Under the pieces are notes generated by a model. It was given only the letters and a program-made list of their open reading frames with translations. It was not told the origin of the DNA and ran no database searches. Positions 39,713 through 54,276 of a stretch of 64,000 nucleotides of DNA are shown in pieces. Location of the stretch: the NCBI GenBank assembly GCA_964016885.1, contig OZ024740.1, positions 334,552,001 to 334,616,000 on the forward strand, in the 5' to 3' direction. The position numbers were made by a program, and so were the translations under genes. The DNA is from Eledone cirrhosa (lineage: Eukaryota). Position 1 is the stretch's first letter; every line of letters starts with the position of its first letter.

Positions 39713-40138
39713 ATGATGATGATGAGGGCTACCCCTTCGTTATCGAGTATGGCAATTGATCGATATCAAAGTAATAATAACTATCAATTAATGATATCGT
39801 GCAAAGCTCGTGTGTGTTGATTTTTTTTTAAAGTGAGGAAAGACTGTGCACTGAGCCAAGCCCACTCTCTGAGCGACAATATCTATAACCCGCAAACAAG
39901 AAAAGATCAACATCATCGGAAACTACTGAGACGCATATTTTATGTTGGAGTTATCCGAGTCTCCTGAGTTGCATTCTCCTACATTCTCCTAGTAGAATAC
40001 ACACAGGCTAGGGGTTCTAGTAGTTTAACCGCACGATCGGGTATAAAGTATATACGTTCCTTATGAAAATTAACGGCGTTAATTTTCATAAGGAAAGTAT
40101 ATACTTTCGAACGTTCAACAATCTGGCAGATGGGTATA

Positions 40139-40179
40139 CGGTGCTGATGATAGCTAACAAGCTTGAAACTAGTACATCG
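40139..40179 (+). ncRNA. Minimal hammerhead ribozyme
   Basis: CGGTG-CTGATGA-t-AGCT-aaca-AGCT-t-GAAAC-TA-GTA-CATCG. Confidence 0.78.
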
Positions 40180-40330
40180 TTCCTGTGTCAGTGTTGAACA
40201 AAAAGGTGACGTGGTTGCCTTAACACCGTACGGCATAAATTCAGGCTGTCAGTTTGTTTACAAACGGACAAAGCGGGCGTTATAATAAGCATCCGCTAAA
40301 CTGATACGTACATATATGTATGTGTACCTG

Positions 40331-40389
<59 letters not shown>

Positions 40390-40442
40390 GCATGCTACTG
40401 TACGTCTGTATACATATATGTATGTACGTATACATACATACT

Positions 40443-40492
<50 letters not shown>

Positions 40493-41109
40493 CATGAAAT
40501 TTAAATTTTTGCTCCGACATAGCTATATATGTTTCTGGATATTGCAAAGCTGACGGTTAGCGCCGCCTAGCAGATTCCAGTAGACGTAGCGAGGGACAAC
40601 TGCAAATGCATTTCTTTCTCTGGTCATCATCAGAACTGTCCTTCTCCAGCTCTCTGGCAAATATATAAATTTTGTCGTCTATTTAGATTGGCTGCATTTG
40701 CATATGGAGATGTACAAACCGGCTCAGATATAAATTAACACGTTAAAAAACAACAAATAGTTCTACTCTGCATTTGGAGGAGGGCAGAATGTTTATTAGT
40801 ATTACAATAGAAAGAGGTCGTCGTAGCGAAAATCAGAAATAGCAATCGGGAAAATATAACAAGAATTAATGATGTTTTGTCCGTTCATTCTAGAAGTCTT
40901 AAATGTTTAGTATTGTTTTAGCATAACAAGTTCATCTATGTAGTTTTGACGCTGAGAACATAGAACGCATGTATTTATATTTAACTCACGTCATCCTCAT
41001 GTGAATGATTTTGAGAAATTATGAAGCATGGTTATAATAATTTCAAATGTGATAATAAAAACACTAATCTACATGCATTACCTGATACATGTTTTGCTGC
41101 TGAAAATAT

Positions 41110-41416
41110 CATAAATCTATCTATGATTGTCTCCTTGTCTGTAATTTAATACAGCCAAAACGGCGTATAATAGGAAAATACTCCTGAAATTGGAAAACAA
41201 AGGGAATAAAACAAGTTGTGCATACATCGGAGCACGAGTTCCCGAGATACGGTGTTTTTCCGGGTACCTTCATAAATAGAGAGAGATAAAGATAGAGAGA
41301 AAGAGATAGTGGTTGTGAGAGAGTAGATTCAAAGAGAGAAATAAAGATAGAGAGAGAAAAGCTGGTGTTGCTTGAATGAAATACACACACACACGCACAC
41401 ACACACACACACACAT

Positions 41417-41459
<43 letters not shown>

Positions 41460-41831
41460 CGCAACACACATAACATACGGGATTTCCAATTTCATTTTAC
41501 ATTATATACGTGTGTGTGTATATTTTGATTATTTTTAAGTGAACATGATTTTTAAAATATATTTTAAAGTGAACGTGACCCAAGGGAGCAGGGGTGGTCT
41601 AGTATACTACTAACACTCTCTGATAGTGTGCTTGTCTGTGATTTAATACAGCCAAAATGGCGCATAAGGGAAAATACTTTGAAAGAAAGTTGCTCCTGAA
41701 ATGGGAATACAAATGGAATAAAACAAGTTTCGAGTAAATCGGAGCACGGGCTCACGAGATACGGAGCTTTCCCGGGGAACCTTCATAGGAGAGAGAGAAA
41801 TAAAGAGAGAAAGAGATAGTGGTTGTGAGAC

Positions 41832-41922
<91 letters not shown>

Positions 41923-42095
41923 TTGTTTTGTTGAATGAAATTATAACACAGATATGTATGGGCCTTCTAATTTCATTTTTCTTTATATACATGCCTGTGT
42001 ATATTTTAATTATTTAGAAATTATTTTTAAGTGCACATGATTGTTAAAATTATTCTTTAAGCGAACGTGAGCCAAATGGTCATGGGTGGTCTAGT
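41110..42095. repeat. Two diverged tandem units of about 490 bp with internal microsatellites
   Basis: cttgtctgtRatttaatacagccaaaa occurs at about 41134 and 41631, and ggtggtctagt occurs at about 41593 and 42086. Confidence 0.8.
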
Positions 42096-43797
42096 TAATC
42101 ATAACAACACACATTTTCGGCAGAGCTGTCCTGCTAGACAGCAGGTCGCAGGTGGAAGATAGCGATACAGTCAACAAATGTGAGTTGAGATACAAGAGGG
42201 CTGTTGCAGGAAGAATAAGTGACGCAGGACCAAAGACCGTTAAGCGACTAGGAAATATGAAGCAACACATTGGGTAACACATTGTGTTATCAAGAAAGGT
42301 CTTACAGCCTAGCAATGTAAGTAAAGGCCGCGTCTAAAAAGCTTTTGCATCCAGGTCTGCAGTGTTAGATGTAGTTCAGTCTGAGTCATGCATCCTAATG
42401 GAAATCATCAATGCACATGATGACACTGACAAACCAACAGGAAAATAATTGATTGGAAGGACAGGCATTACTGATATAAATACAAACAGAGGTTTTATTA
42501 GAATTCAATTTTAGTAATGGGCTCTCGATTATTTAGACAATTTTCCAGCATTATGATATCCATAGTATCAGGAACATCGCATACATAGCTCGGTAATTGA
42601 AGTTTTTATTGTATCTAAACATTTCGATTCTATTCTGAATATTCGTATTTTGAGATAGGCTTGCTTTCATCTGATTACTCTCTAGTTTCTTCTAATTGTC
42701 ACTACAAAAATCACGAAAAGGAGCAGGTCGGCCTCACCATATAGAGTAAAATTGCAAGCGCAGAGTGATAAGGGTGTTAGGACCACGTATGCAGATAATA
42801 TGGCATCCGAACTCAAAGAAACCTCTATTTGTGGGGAGGATGCAAGTCGAGTATATCAATTCCAGTGTGTTTGTAGTACTATATTTTATAGTACCTCTGA
42901 ATTCTGAAACAAAATTTATTTCCGACGGGATTTGAACAAACTACGCAAAGAGACTTAGCGGAATTCCGCAACTCATTATGATGCTGACCCTCCCTGTTCC
43001 GCCAAACCACATCCCTTACACAATGTTAACATAACTCAAAAACTAACTCAAAAACTACAGTAGCATTAATTTGTTCTATGAGATCGAGAGTCTGTGTAGA
43101 AGAGTCGTATGACATAAATTATTAATTCATTGATACTATGCTCACAGAAAGATGGGAAACAAAGCCGAGCGACTGTTATTGGCAGTTCTAAAGGAGAAAT
43201 TTCAATAAAACAAGAATTAATATTTTATTGAATTATTAAGCTAAGGGAGAAGGAGGGTCCCTTCTTTGTTTGGAGACGAATGACAAATTACAGGCGGATT
43301 TCTGTCTGAACTTTGACATGAGCATAGTATCGTTTTTCTCACCTCTGATCAAAATAAAACTTACTAACATAGAAAACAGTTGAATAAAATCTTGACCAAG
43401 GGTAATTTGCATACATAATACTAAAATATATCAAGAGAATACAACAAAAGGGTCAGTAGGATGAATTTCGTCTATTAAGTAACGTTATGTATATGAATGT
43501 CGTACAATTTCAATCATAATTGTTCAGTCTACCCTCACCCTGAGATTGGGATGGGAAACAAAACAGCCTAAACGCCGATATTATATATATGTATATATAT
43601 ATATATATAAAACAAATAACAAAGAGGGCGTGGTAAGATACCAGGTGGACCATAATGCCCCATATTACGCAATACTTAGCGTAGTAGTGTAGGTAATAGG
43701 AACAGATTCAGGACCCCGGCTGCTGAGGTCCGGTTGATTCGACAGCTAGATCCTGAGCTCAGCCGTCGGGGTCTTGAATCATCTCCTATATATATAA

Positions 43798-44496
43798 AGA
43801 GACAGAATCAGAGTACACGAGGGAACCACGGAGAAGTATAAGACCCTCGTAGAACTTAACATGAAAGGAATTTTCCCATTGTACAGGAGCAAATCATGGA
43901 ATAGCTTAGATAGGACTAAACATAACATAGGGAAAACCACCTCATGGTACGACAACCAGACATACCACATTGTCATGTTTGTGGACGCTACCCCTGGAGG
44001 GAAATTAGGTAACCAGTCTAGAAAGGCCATGAGAAAGACCCACCTAAAGATTAAGGTGGTAGAAAAGCCAGGAACCATCAGCAAAACATACCCTTTTAAG
44101 AAAACCCACTTTACTAATAGGAAATGTATTATATGTAAAGTATACCCCCGGATAAACTGTAAAACTAAAAACGTAGTCTACAGCATAAGATGAACAGAGG
44201 GTACTTGCAGAAACATGACAACAACATACATAGGCGAGACAGCTCGTAGCATAGGTGAAAGGATAGACCAACACCGGGGGGAACTAAAAGGACTAAAAAA
44301 CGGTTCAGTACTATACGAACACGCCAGACAACAACACGACGGTAACATAGACAACATAGAAATTAAAATAATATCTAAACATAGAAATGACCCAGCAGAT
44401 AGGCAAATCAGAGAGGCCAGTGAAATAGAACTTAGAAGGCCAAAGCTAAACAGAAGAAATGAATGGAATAACAATACTGACCTAAGAGAAATATAA
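43798..44496 (+). pseudogene. PLE C-terminal linker plus GIY-YIG endonuclease (5' truncated, one in-frame TGA)
   Basis: CIIC..CKTKNVVYSIR*..YIGETARSIGERIDQH..LYEHARQQH..RQIREASEI..PKLN. ORFs 43861 and 44215 share a frame. Confidence 0.88.
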
Positions 44497-44740
44497 ATAA
44501 ATAAATAAATACATACACAAGCATAATAACAACAAACACATATGAACACATACTAGTAAACTAAAATAGAATACAATAACCAAAACACAGTCACCCAAAC
44601 ACGAACACACATCAAACACTATACACACACGCAAACGCATGCGCAGAGAAAAAGACAAAAATAAATAAATAAATAAATAAATAAACAGATTAAATAAAGA
44701 TAGCGTAGACATACAATACAACAGGAGGAAACATAATAGC

Positions 44741-44782
44741 ACCGCTGACGATATTGCAGATGTGCAACGAAAGAACTTTGTT
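44741..44782 (+). ncRNA. Hammerhead-like motif in the 3' pLTR of the GIY-YIG fragment
   Basis: CTGACGA-ta-TTGCA-gatg-TGCAA-c-GAAAG-aa-CTT. Stem I is poorly paired. Confidence 0.5.
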
Positions 44783-44964
44783 CGACTATATATATGTGTT
44801 TGTGTCTATATTATATCTGTATTTTTGACCGTTGGTCAGTCAATGCTAACATTGAGGACCGAATAAATTAACTGATATAAAAGATACAGAAGCGAAAACC
44901 AACCAAAGAGTGAGTGTGTTCTGTTATTAATTCTGGCAATATCATTACAACAATATGACCCTCT

Positions 44965-45039
<75 letters not shown>

Positions 45040-45469
45040 AAAGAATAAAGGTGTAACACACGAGTTATGATATATTGGTAAAAGGAAAAGAAAATGCTGA
45101 CAAATTGTTCCCAGTGAAAAATAGTCTTGAGAAATCATCAGGAATCTGATTCCTGATGATTTCTCAAAAATTAAACAGTTCTAGTCCTGTAGAACCTCAT
45201 CTATATTAAAACTGTTATACTCTGCTATGTATTGAGTACCTTAGTTACAGTGGTTACCTCCGATTCAACCCGGAATAACTTACCTATATATATAATATTA
45301 AAAAATCATATTAATCCCCTTTAATTTAATTAGCTCAAGGAATAGATACTGAGCTCCTTATAAATTGACATATAGGGAGAAGTACTCGTAGAGCTATGTG
45401 TTCAATCATACCGGATCATAAACCACCTAAGATTGAACACATATCTGTGTGTGTACTTCACTCTATATG

Positions 45470-45512
<43 letters not shown>

Positions 45513-45789
45513 CTATGATTGAACACATATCTCTCTGTGTACTTCTTTCTATAAGTTGATTTATATATATATATATATATATAAGTATGTACACGTACAT
45601 ACATATATGTATACCGACGTACAGTAGTATGTATATATATATATATACATACATGCACACATATATATGCACGTATGGATTCACCGAATATTTATTACAA
45701 TGCTCGGTGTGTTTGTAAACAAACATCCCGTATTAAGCCGTAGTGTCTAGCAACCACCGTTCCTCGTTTGTTCAACACTGACAAAGGAA

Positions 45790-45830
45790 CGCTGTACTAG
45801 TTTCAAGCTTGTTAGCTATCGTCAGCAACG
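45790..45830 (-). ncRNA. Minimal hammerhead ribozyme (same family as 40139)
   Basis: CGTTG-CTGACGA-t-AGCT-aaca-AGCT-t-GAAAC-TA-GTA-CAGCG. Confidence 0.78.
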
Positions 45831-45941
45831 TATACCTTCCTGACAGATTGTTGAACGTATATACTTACCTTATGCATATTAACGGCTGAGTAGCCCAATT
45901 TGCAAATCGAGTGGGTTAATCGGCCGGGTGCACTGAAAACG

Positions 45942-46192
45942 ATAAACGGAAAAAATGAAACGATATTTCATTTCCCACTCTTAGTACGGCTGTTACTTAA
46001 ATATAAGTGTGTACACGTACATACATATATGTATACCGACGTGCATATATATATGCGTGCATGTATGTATATATATATATATATACATACTACTGTACGT
46101 CGGTATACATATATGTATGTACGTGTACATACTTATATTTAAGTAACAGCCGTACTAAGAGTGGGAAATGAAATATCGTTTCATTTTTTCCG

Positions 46193-46196
<4 letters not shown>
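45942..46196. repeat. Inverted repeat with arms of about 100 bp
   Basis: 45942-46042 is the reverse complement of about 46096-46196. Confidence 0.88.
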
Positions 46197-46223
<27 letters not shown>

Positions 46224-46316
46224 GTAGAAGGAAAAGAAAATGCTGACAAATTGATTCCTGATGATTTCTCAAAAATTAAACAGTTCTAGTCCTGTAGAAC
46301 CTCATCTATATTAAAA

Positions 46317-46359
<43 letters not shown>

Positions 46360-46464
46360 CATGTATTGAGTTAGAAAATAGTCTCATTACAGTAAATTAA
46401 CTCTAAGAAAGAGGTTTTCCCAGCCGTATATTATAACAGTTATCATATTATATATATATATATA

Positions 46465-47361
<897 letters not shown>

Positions 47362-47554
47362 TTTATTAAAATAACAGATGAAAGTTTAAGCAAAGAATCG
47401 CTGCTTTTACTCTCTTTGGATTTTAGTCTTCATATGTATATATATATATAAACACTTCGTTATATATATATATATATATATATATTATTTATGTATATAT
47501 ATAATTTATGTATATATATTATTATATATATATATATAAGGAAGTATTTATATA

Positions 47555-47588
<34 letters not shown>

Positions 47589-47671
47589 GGAAAAGGTTCA
47601 GGAACCCCACGACAGAGCTCAAGCCGTGTCGACGGCTATTTCTGGACTGCGTTATGGTCCATCTGGTTCCT

Positions 47672-48295
47672 TACAATCCCTCGTTTATCGCGGGGCATTC
47701 GCTCCAGAACCAACTGCATAAATGAAAATCCGCGATATAAAGAGAACATAAAGTCAACCACTGTTTTCATAGTTTAAGCCTTAAAATACCTCTCCTACGC
47801 GCTTTAAGTACATATAAACTCATTAAAACACACTTTTGTATTTAGACCCCGGAAAGAGCCAGTAACGATCGTACAGAATCTGCCTCCAACGATCGTACCA
47901 CTAGTTACCAATGACGGCCATTACCAGCCACGTTAACCCCTTGGTAATACACTGCACTTCCCCCGTCAAATTATGAAGGGTTTGCAGTGGATTAGAGGAA
48001 AACATAATCAGTAAAAGAGTAATGGAAATAAAACTTTTTTTTTTTTATAGTAAAAGCCTTCAGATGCTCCTTCGTTACGCTATACATTTCAATCACATAG
48101 AATCTTATTTTGTAAGTTTACATTTTAAAAACCTTTTATTCAGACGTTCACACCGCCATGAGAAACTAGATATGATTTTACGAGAAAGTCACGATGTTGC
48201 GAGGATTACTGCGATAGGAAATTAGATACGTTCCAAAGAAAAATCTCCGAAGCAGCGGGACCGCGAAAAGTGAACCACGATACAGCGGGGAGAAT
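47672..48295. mobile_element. Probable non-autonomous Tc1/pogo(Tigger)-like DNA transposon
   Basis: Imperfect terminal inverted repeats tccctcgtttatcgcgg and ccacgatacagcgggga. Confidence 0.45.
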
Positions 48296-48321
48296 ATATA
48301 TATGTATATGTATATAGATAT

Positions 48322-48475
48322 ATTCATCGTTCATCAGTTCGATGCTTCTATTTTACCACGTCTAGTGCATCGCACATGCCCTTGTAGCATTTGATGCCAT
48401 GATGTTACTACGCTAGTCATCCGCTACTTCACATTCCAGTATTACCAGATACAATGTGTTAATGCCTGGATTATA
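48322..48475 (-). mobile_element. RTE-like LINE fragment, inverted relative to 49657-49800
   Basis: Reverse-complement similarity, e.g. tccaggcattaacacattgtat and ggatgactagc. Confidence 0.65.
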
Positions 48476-48496
48476 TATATACATATATATTGTCCA

Positions 48497-48610
<114 letters not shown>

Positions 48611-49099
48611 AGGAAAAGAGGCAGTGTGTGTGTCTGTCTGTATTATGTTAGAAATTTTACAAACCAAAGTGCGCCAACTGAAAGGATATGAGTAAACAAA
48701 ATGTACCGAATGTGCAAATACCTATCTAAAGCGAATGATATGTAGAAACGAGAGACACGAAAAACAAGAAGAATCAAGGAATATAAGTCCAGCATGTAGA
48801 CGAAGAGAAATAAGAATGATCTGTAATAATTAGAAATGGAGAATGAAATAAGACAGATATGCCGGTGAACAAAATCAACCATAAAGCTTCGAAACTATAA
48901 TGATTTCCACGGGTTGATTGAGGAAATATAGCTGTCCGTTTTTGGGGGGGTTATTTTTCCCGTTGTCGTTGTTCTCTCTGCCTTACTGATTTCAAGTTCG
49001 TTTTAAAAAGCCTTATCTACGCGGGCTTTTCTTAAACTACTATAATACATTCACGGTTGTCCTGCATGACCCGTTTGAGCGTAAGTAATAGGCAATAGT

Positions 49100-49995
49100 G
49101 ACTTAGAACATAAATGAAGACATACAATTTCTGTCAGGTAACATGCTGAACGCCAAAGTCAAGACCTGTGTTTGGAGCAAGGTCCAAACAGAGCAGAGCG
49201 TAATAAATGGGTTGAAGAGCAAGGATGACAGGGCACATATTTCTGAGATGCGGGTGCGAAAAGACTGGCACAAGGGGATATGCAGAGAATAATATCAAGG
49301 ATATAAGGTAAGAAAAGATATAATGCAAGAAAAGAAGCAGAATATAAGAAATTTGCACATGTTCTACTCATTGGGGAGCAAAAAATGAGCTGTTCCAGTT
49401 TGCAAGGCAGTGTGTCAGGAAAATTTAAGATGCCAGTGGCTTGCTTGTTTTCACCAAATTGAAGAAAAAAGGAGTGGAAATATATATAATATGGACAGTT
49501 GAATGAGGAGAATAAACGGATGTTCTGCACCAATTCGATCCGACTTAGTAACTAGCCAACTACGAGAGTAGCACTATGTTAAATAAGGAAATTAAGGATA
49601 TGAAAACAGATGTACCATCAGGGATAGTCACTGAGATACAAAAAGCATTTAAAATTGTAGTCCAGGCATTAACACATTGTATGTGGTAATACAGAAATTT
49701 CTCGTCACGGATGACTAGCATAGTAACATCATTGCATCAAATTCTACAAGGGTAAGTGAGATGCATTAGACAGGGTAGAAGCATCAAACGGATGAACAAT
49801 GTTATAAAAGTTATTGAAATAGTCATTGATCAGAGACCGAGTTAAACTAGACGAGATGCAATTTGGCTTTGTGCCGAGTTTAGGTACCATTGATGCTACC
49901 TTTCTTGTGACACATCTGCAGGTGTTCTTAATAAAACATATAACCTTCTATAAACCATTTGATGTTTTGAAGTAAACTGTTGACAGTGTTCACCA
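49100..49995 (+). mobile_element. Degraded RTE-clade LINE (RT region)
   Basis: LDEMQFGFVPSLGTIDATFLVTHLQ at about 49847-49921, with FYKGK*DALD upstream. The left boundary is approximate. Confidence 0.72.
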
Positions 49996-50949
49996 TTTTC
50001 TTCACTACCCCTCTTCCCTCCTCTAAAGCCTGCCAGCACGGAAGAAACGAGAGATTACTACACAATTTTCTAGTAATACAATTGACCTTTACAGCCCGAA
50101 CCATGTCAGCAAGGAAGGAAGGTGTGTTCCCCTACTACCTTGCACATAACTGATCGTACAACTCATGCCAGAATGGAAATACAGACACGCTTCGCAATAC
50201 ACTGCTAGACGAACCTCATCCTCTTCAAGGCCATCCCACTCCTATCAACACCGTCCTAATGATAGTGCCACGATAAAAAGACACACATCCCCCAATGTAA
50301 AGTAGTAGTAGTGATTCCACACAAAAACCACCCAAACCTCTCTGCAAAGTATTTTATGATGCTATATGAAGAGCATCCAGTCGTAGAAATCATGCTTCTG
50401 CATACCGTAAAATGTTTGACGTTAAGAACTGCATCCAGTTATAAATATTAAACTAAAGATGGAAAACATGAGCAAACCATATTCAACTGAGTAGTCTAGC
50501 CTCATGAAAAAGAGAAAAATAGACGTTAAACGGTGATGGTGAGGATGGTATGTTTATTTATGTGTATATTTATATATCTGAACGTGTGCGTATTTGCAGG
50601 TTTATCCATGTATAATGATGAAGATTATATGTCGTTATATCGGCTTGTTTTCATGTATACTCGTGTGATTGTATCTACTCTGTATTAATTTATTCAGAAG
50701 AAAACAGAATTGTACACATAACAGGCAAGTTTTACTTTTGATAATATTAATTCATGAAGTTACATGTAAATAAACCGAAATGCTACTTATTTTATTTAAT
50801 TGAGATATTAATCCCAAGCTGTCAATAATTGTTCCTCGCTTTCATTTTCTGATCATTTGCATTTTATTCGATACAATTATATGGAGAAAATGTAAATGAC
50901 GCCATTATCTCCAAGAAAGCGGTGTATACTTTCGTGATTACATGTTTCA

Positions 50950-51690
50950 GATATGTCGGTCGAAGCATATGTCGGTTCTTAAAATTGAAAACCAAATGGA
51001 TATAATATGCTAATTATTACAAGAACAATAGTGGTCTTTATGATATATAAATCCATTGGCTATTCAAACATATATCATATTACGTTAATGATCTATATCA
51101 CTTTGTGTATCGGTATACTCAACTCATTGCGTTTAGATTTATGTCTTTCGTGTTTAAGCGATAAAAATATGTAGTAGTATGTACATAGAACTTGCAATTT
51201 TATATTTCAAAAGTATAATAAATTATAATGATTCAAAAATCGTGATTCATGCAAAGATAATATGTAAGATAATATGTCATGATTTATTTCTTGCTGCGAT
51301 GAAAGAGCAAGCAATCACAGACCTGGAAAAAGCTTTCTAACCATAGCAATCCTATTCTGAAGATAAAGTGTTAACAGTATCACAGTGGGATTCGGAATGA
51401 AGGCTTATAAGGACGCATATCATACCATACTTTTATTTATAAAATACACACAAAAAACTTGCTATGAGTGTTTTAAGCCGTGAACATCACACAGTAACAT
51501 TATGAGAACAAAAAATGCAAACATTTGAAAATATTTATTTAGCATCAGTGATGTTTACGCACTAGGTAGTGACACACCAATGCTAAAAGCTTATACATAG
51601 AAATTTGCAAATAATACATTTGTGGAGATGTTCATTTTTCAATAATGCATGCTAGGATTACAATCAACCAACGAGGAATCATTTGCATGG
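50950..51690 (-). pseudogene. Possible decayed 7TM/GPCR-like sequence
   Basis: Collinear hydrophobic pieces WLIVILACII, VLFANFYV*AFSIGV, FQMFAFFVLIMLLCDV and IISILYPFGF. Confidence 0.25.
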
Positions 51691-52255
51691 CCACCCAAAA
51701 GTGGTCGTCCTAATCTGTTGAAAATCGGTGTAACCATTGGATATTTTGAACATATGAAGAAAAGCCGAGATGGATATGGCTAGACGGGCTTTGACTTTAG
51801 GGCCTATACTCCATCAGAGTAAAAATTGATGTTAAACAAAATAAATATTAAAGTTCGTATTGAATATTTGAGATTAATGTACGTTGAATTGATTGGAATA
51901 AAATGATTTTATAATTAAGTAAAATAAATTTTATTAAATCGAAATGAATATATAATTTAATAAAAGCAATTTCATATTTAAAATTTAATCGAAGTACGTA
52001 ATAAGTGAAACTGAAATTTGCAAAAGAAAATATCACATATAATTATCATTCAAATAATTTTTCTTGATATGTTACTAATTCATTTTAGGAATATCTTGAA
52101 AAAATTTCATCAAATGCTTTGCGAATAAATAGAATTATATAATTCACATATATTCCAACTAAATATATCTTTTTTTCTTTCGTTACTTTAAGCTTTCCCA
52201 AGCATATATTTAAAGAAAAATAGTATATGCATTCGTAATTGAATATAGTTTTGGT

Positions 52256-52322
<67 letters not shown>

Positions 52323-52443
52323 TGTGTGTTTTTATGTGTGTGTGAGTATTCATCTGCATTTTTGTTGATGCATATGCACACACACGCACACACACATATA
52401 TATATATTTATATATGTGTGTGTGCGTGTGTGATTTTGTGTGC

Positions 52444-52496
<53 letters not shown>

Positions 52497-52498
52497 GA

Positions 52499-52539
<41 letters not shown>

Positions 52540-52809
52540 TCGAGAACTTGCATAAAATTCTGTGAAATATACTCATTCAAATATCATTCAAAACAAATAT
52601 TCACACATATACTCGTATAGAACTGCTGCAAATACATTACTATTCCTTATATTAAATCACAGATAGTGCAAACAGAAGACATACACAAATAAAATATATA
52701 TATTTACATTCTATAAAAGAATAAATATCGTATATATAATTATATATAGGCATAATTACATATTAAAGAAGATGTCTCACATATATACACCTTTCGCATT
52801 GATGTCATC

Positions 52810-53400
52810 AGACGGTGTTCAATGTTGATTGTCTGTTTCGATCCTCAACCGCAGCACGCTCTCGTTTGTGAATCAGTAGTGCTGACCAAATTACTGTCCA
52901 TCTTCGCATCCTAGCGTCCAGTTTATCTCCTCTCACCTGTTGCAAATCCAATAAGTGCCTATTTCTGCTGACCCCCCCCCCCCCCAACTCCTGCGAACTA
53001 CAGCCTTCTTTTCTCATTCTGCTATTCCAATGGCAGTGAGCATTATTCATACTGCGTGAGCTGGGAATCCCTTGCAGCCCGTCTTGACTGGAAGTAGCTA
53101 TTCAGTACTCGTCGGTTTAAAAGCGTCCCATACGCTTCTTCCCATGGGATTGTGAGTTCAATCAAGAGGATAATGTTTCTTATCCTTCCCGACCAAAGTA
53201 CTACATCTGGCGACAGGGGTTTGAAGAACTCGGAGGAACTGAAACCTACTTCCTTGATCGGGCCATATGTAGTTGGCCACATGTTCTAACTGAGGTAGAT
53301 GGCTTCTCTCTATCTATCACAAGCCGGATTGATGATGTTGGTTTCCTTCCTGTTTGTTTTTATGCATTTAAGCTTTATCCCTATGTCAATGACCTGCTTA
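52810..53400 (-). mobile_element. Degraded RLE-type non-LTR fragment (HERO/NeSL-like)
   Basis: SPDVVLWSGRIRNIILLIELTIPWEE matches the PD..ELTxPWE endonuclease motif. Confidence 0.72.
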
Positions 53401-53811
53401 AATTCATAAACTGAAGCTCAGAGCACCCCCCACTACCACCACACACACACACTCGTCGGCAGAAACCAACTAGTCAATATGTGTAACATATGGATAAACG
53501 TTCTTCAGAGGACATCATTAAAATAGAATTCCGGTACTACAATAATGCCCTAAAAAAACAACAGAAGAGATAAGTTTTTCTACTCCCCTGAGTAACACCC
53601 TAGTAGAAATAATAGAATAAGATCTAAAAACATTAATTGCTTTATATTCCACAGCTCACTAAATGTTAAGGACAATGTAGGACAGCTATTATTAGTGCTT
53701 ATAGACAAATAATTTCCTTTGGGCCATAAATATAGAGGGAGATTTGTGTATGTGTGCGTGTGCGTGTGTTTTGTATGTATGATTATATATATCTGATTCT
53801 CTCTCACTCGC

Positions 53812-53901
<90 letters not shown>

Positions 53902-53981
53902 AATCAACGAATAAAACATAGGAGGCATTTGTGCACAGCTATATTAGATTCACACAGACACACACACACACACACACACAC

Positions 53982-54031
<50 letters not shown>

Positions 54032-54107
54032 CGAAGGAAATGTGGTAAGGAACCAGGTGGACCATAACGCACCAAAGTACTCAATACTTGAGGTAGTAGA
54101 GTGGGTA

Positions 54108-54221
54108 ATAGGAACCAGTAAGACCCCGACAGCTGAGCTCAAGCCGTTTCGACGGCTAATTCTGGACTCCAGAATTAGCCGTCGAAACGGCTTGAGCTCA
54201 GCTGTCGGGGTCTTACTGGTT

Positions 54222-54226
<5 letters not shown>
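54108..54226. repeat. Perfect palindrome (arms about 59 bp, 1-nt spacer) derived from a pLTR-like repeat
   Basis: ataggaacc...ttctgga C tccagaa...ggttcctat. The family also occurs at 43625-43778 and 47588-47672. Confidence 0.92.

Positions 54227-54276
<50 letters not shown>

Noticed and set aside
40595-40640. Minus-strand CTGATGA..GAAATGCATT
   Set aside because: Stem II cannot form.
42100-42500. Possible very old RT fragment on the minus strand
   Set aside because: Only a faint DLDAKAF resemblance, which is not enough to support a call.
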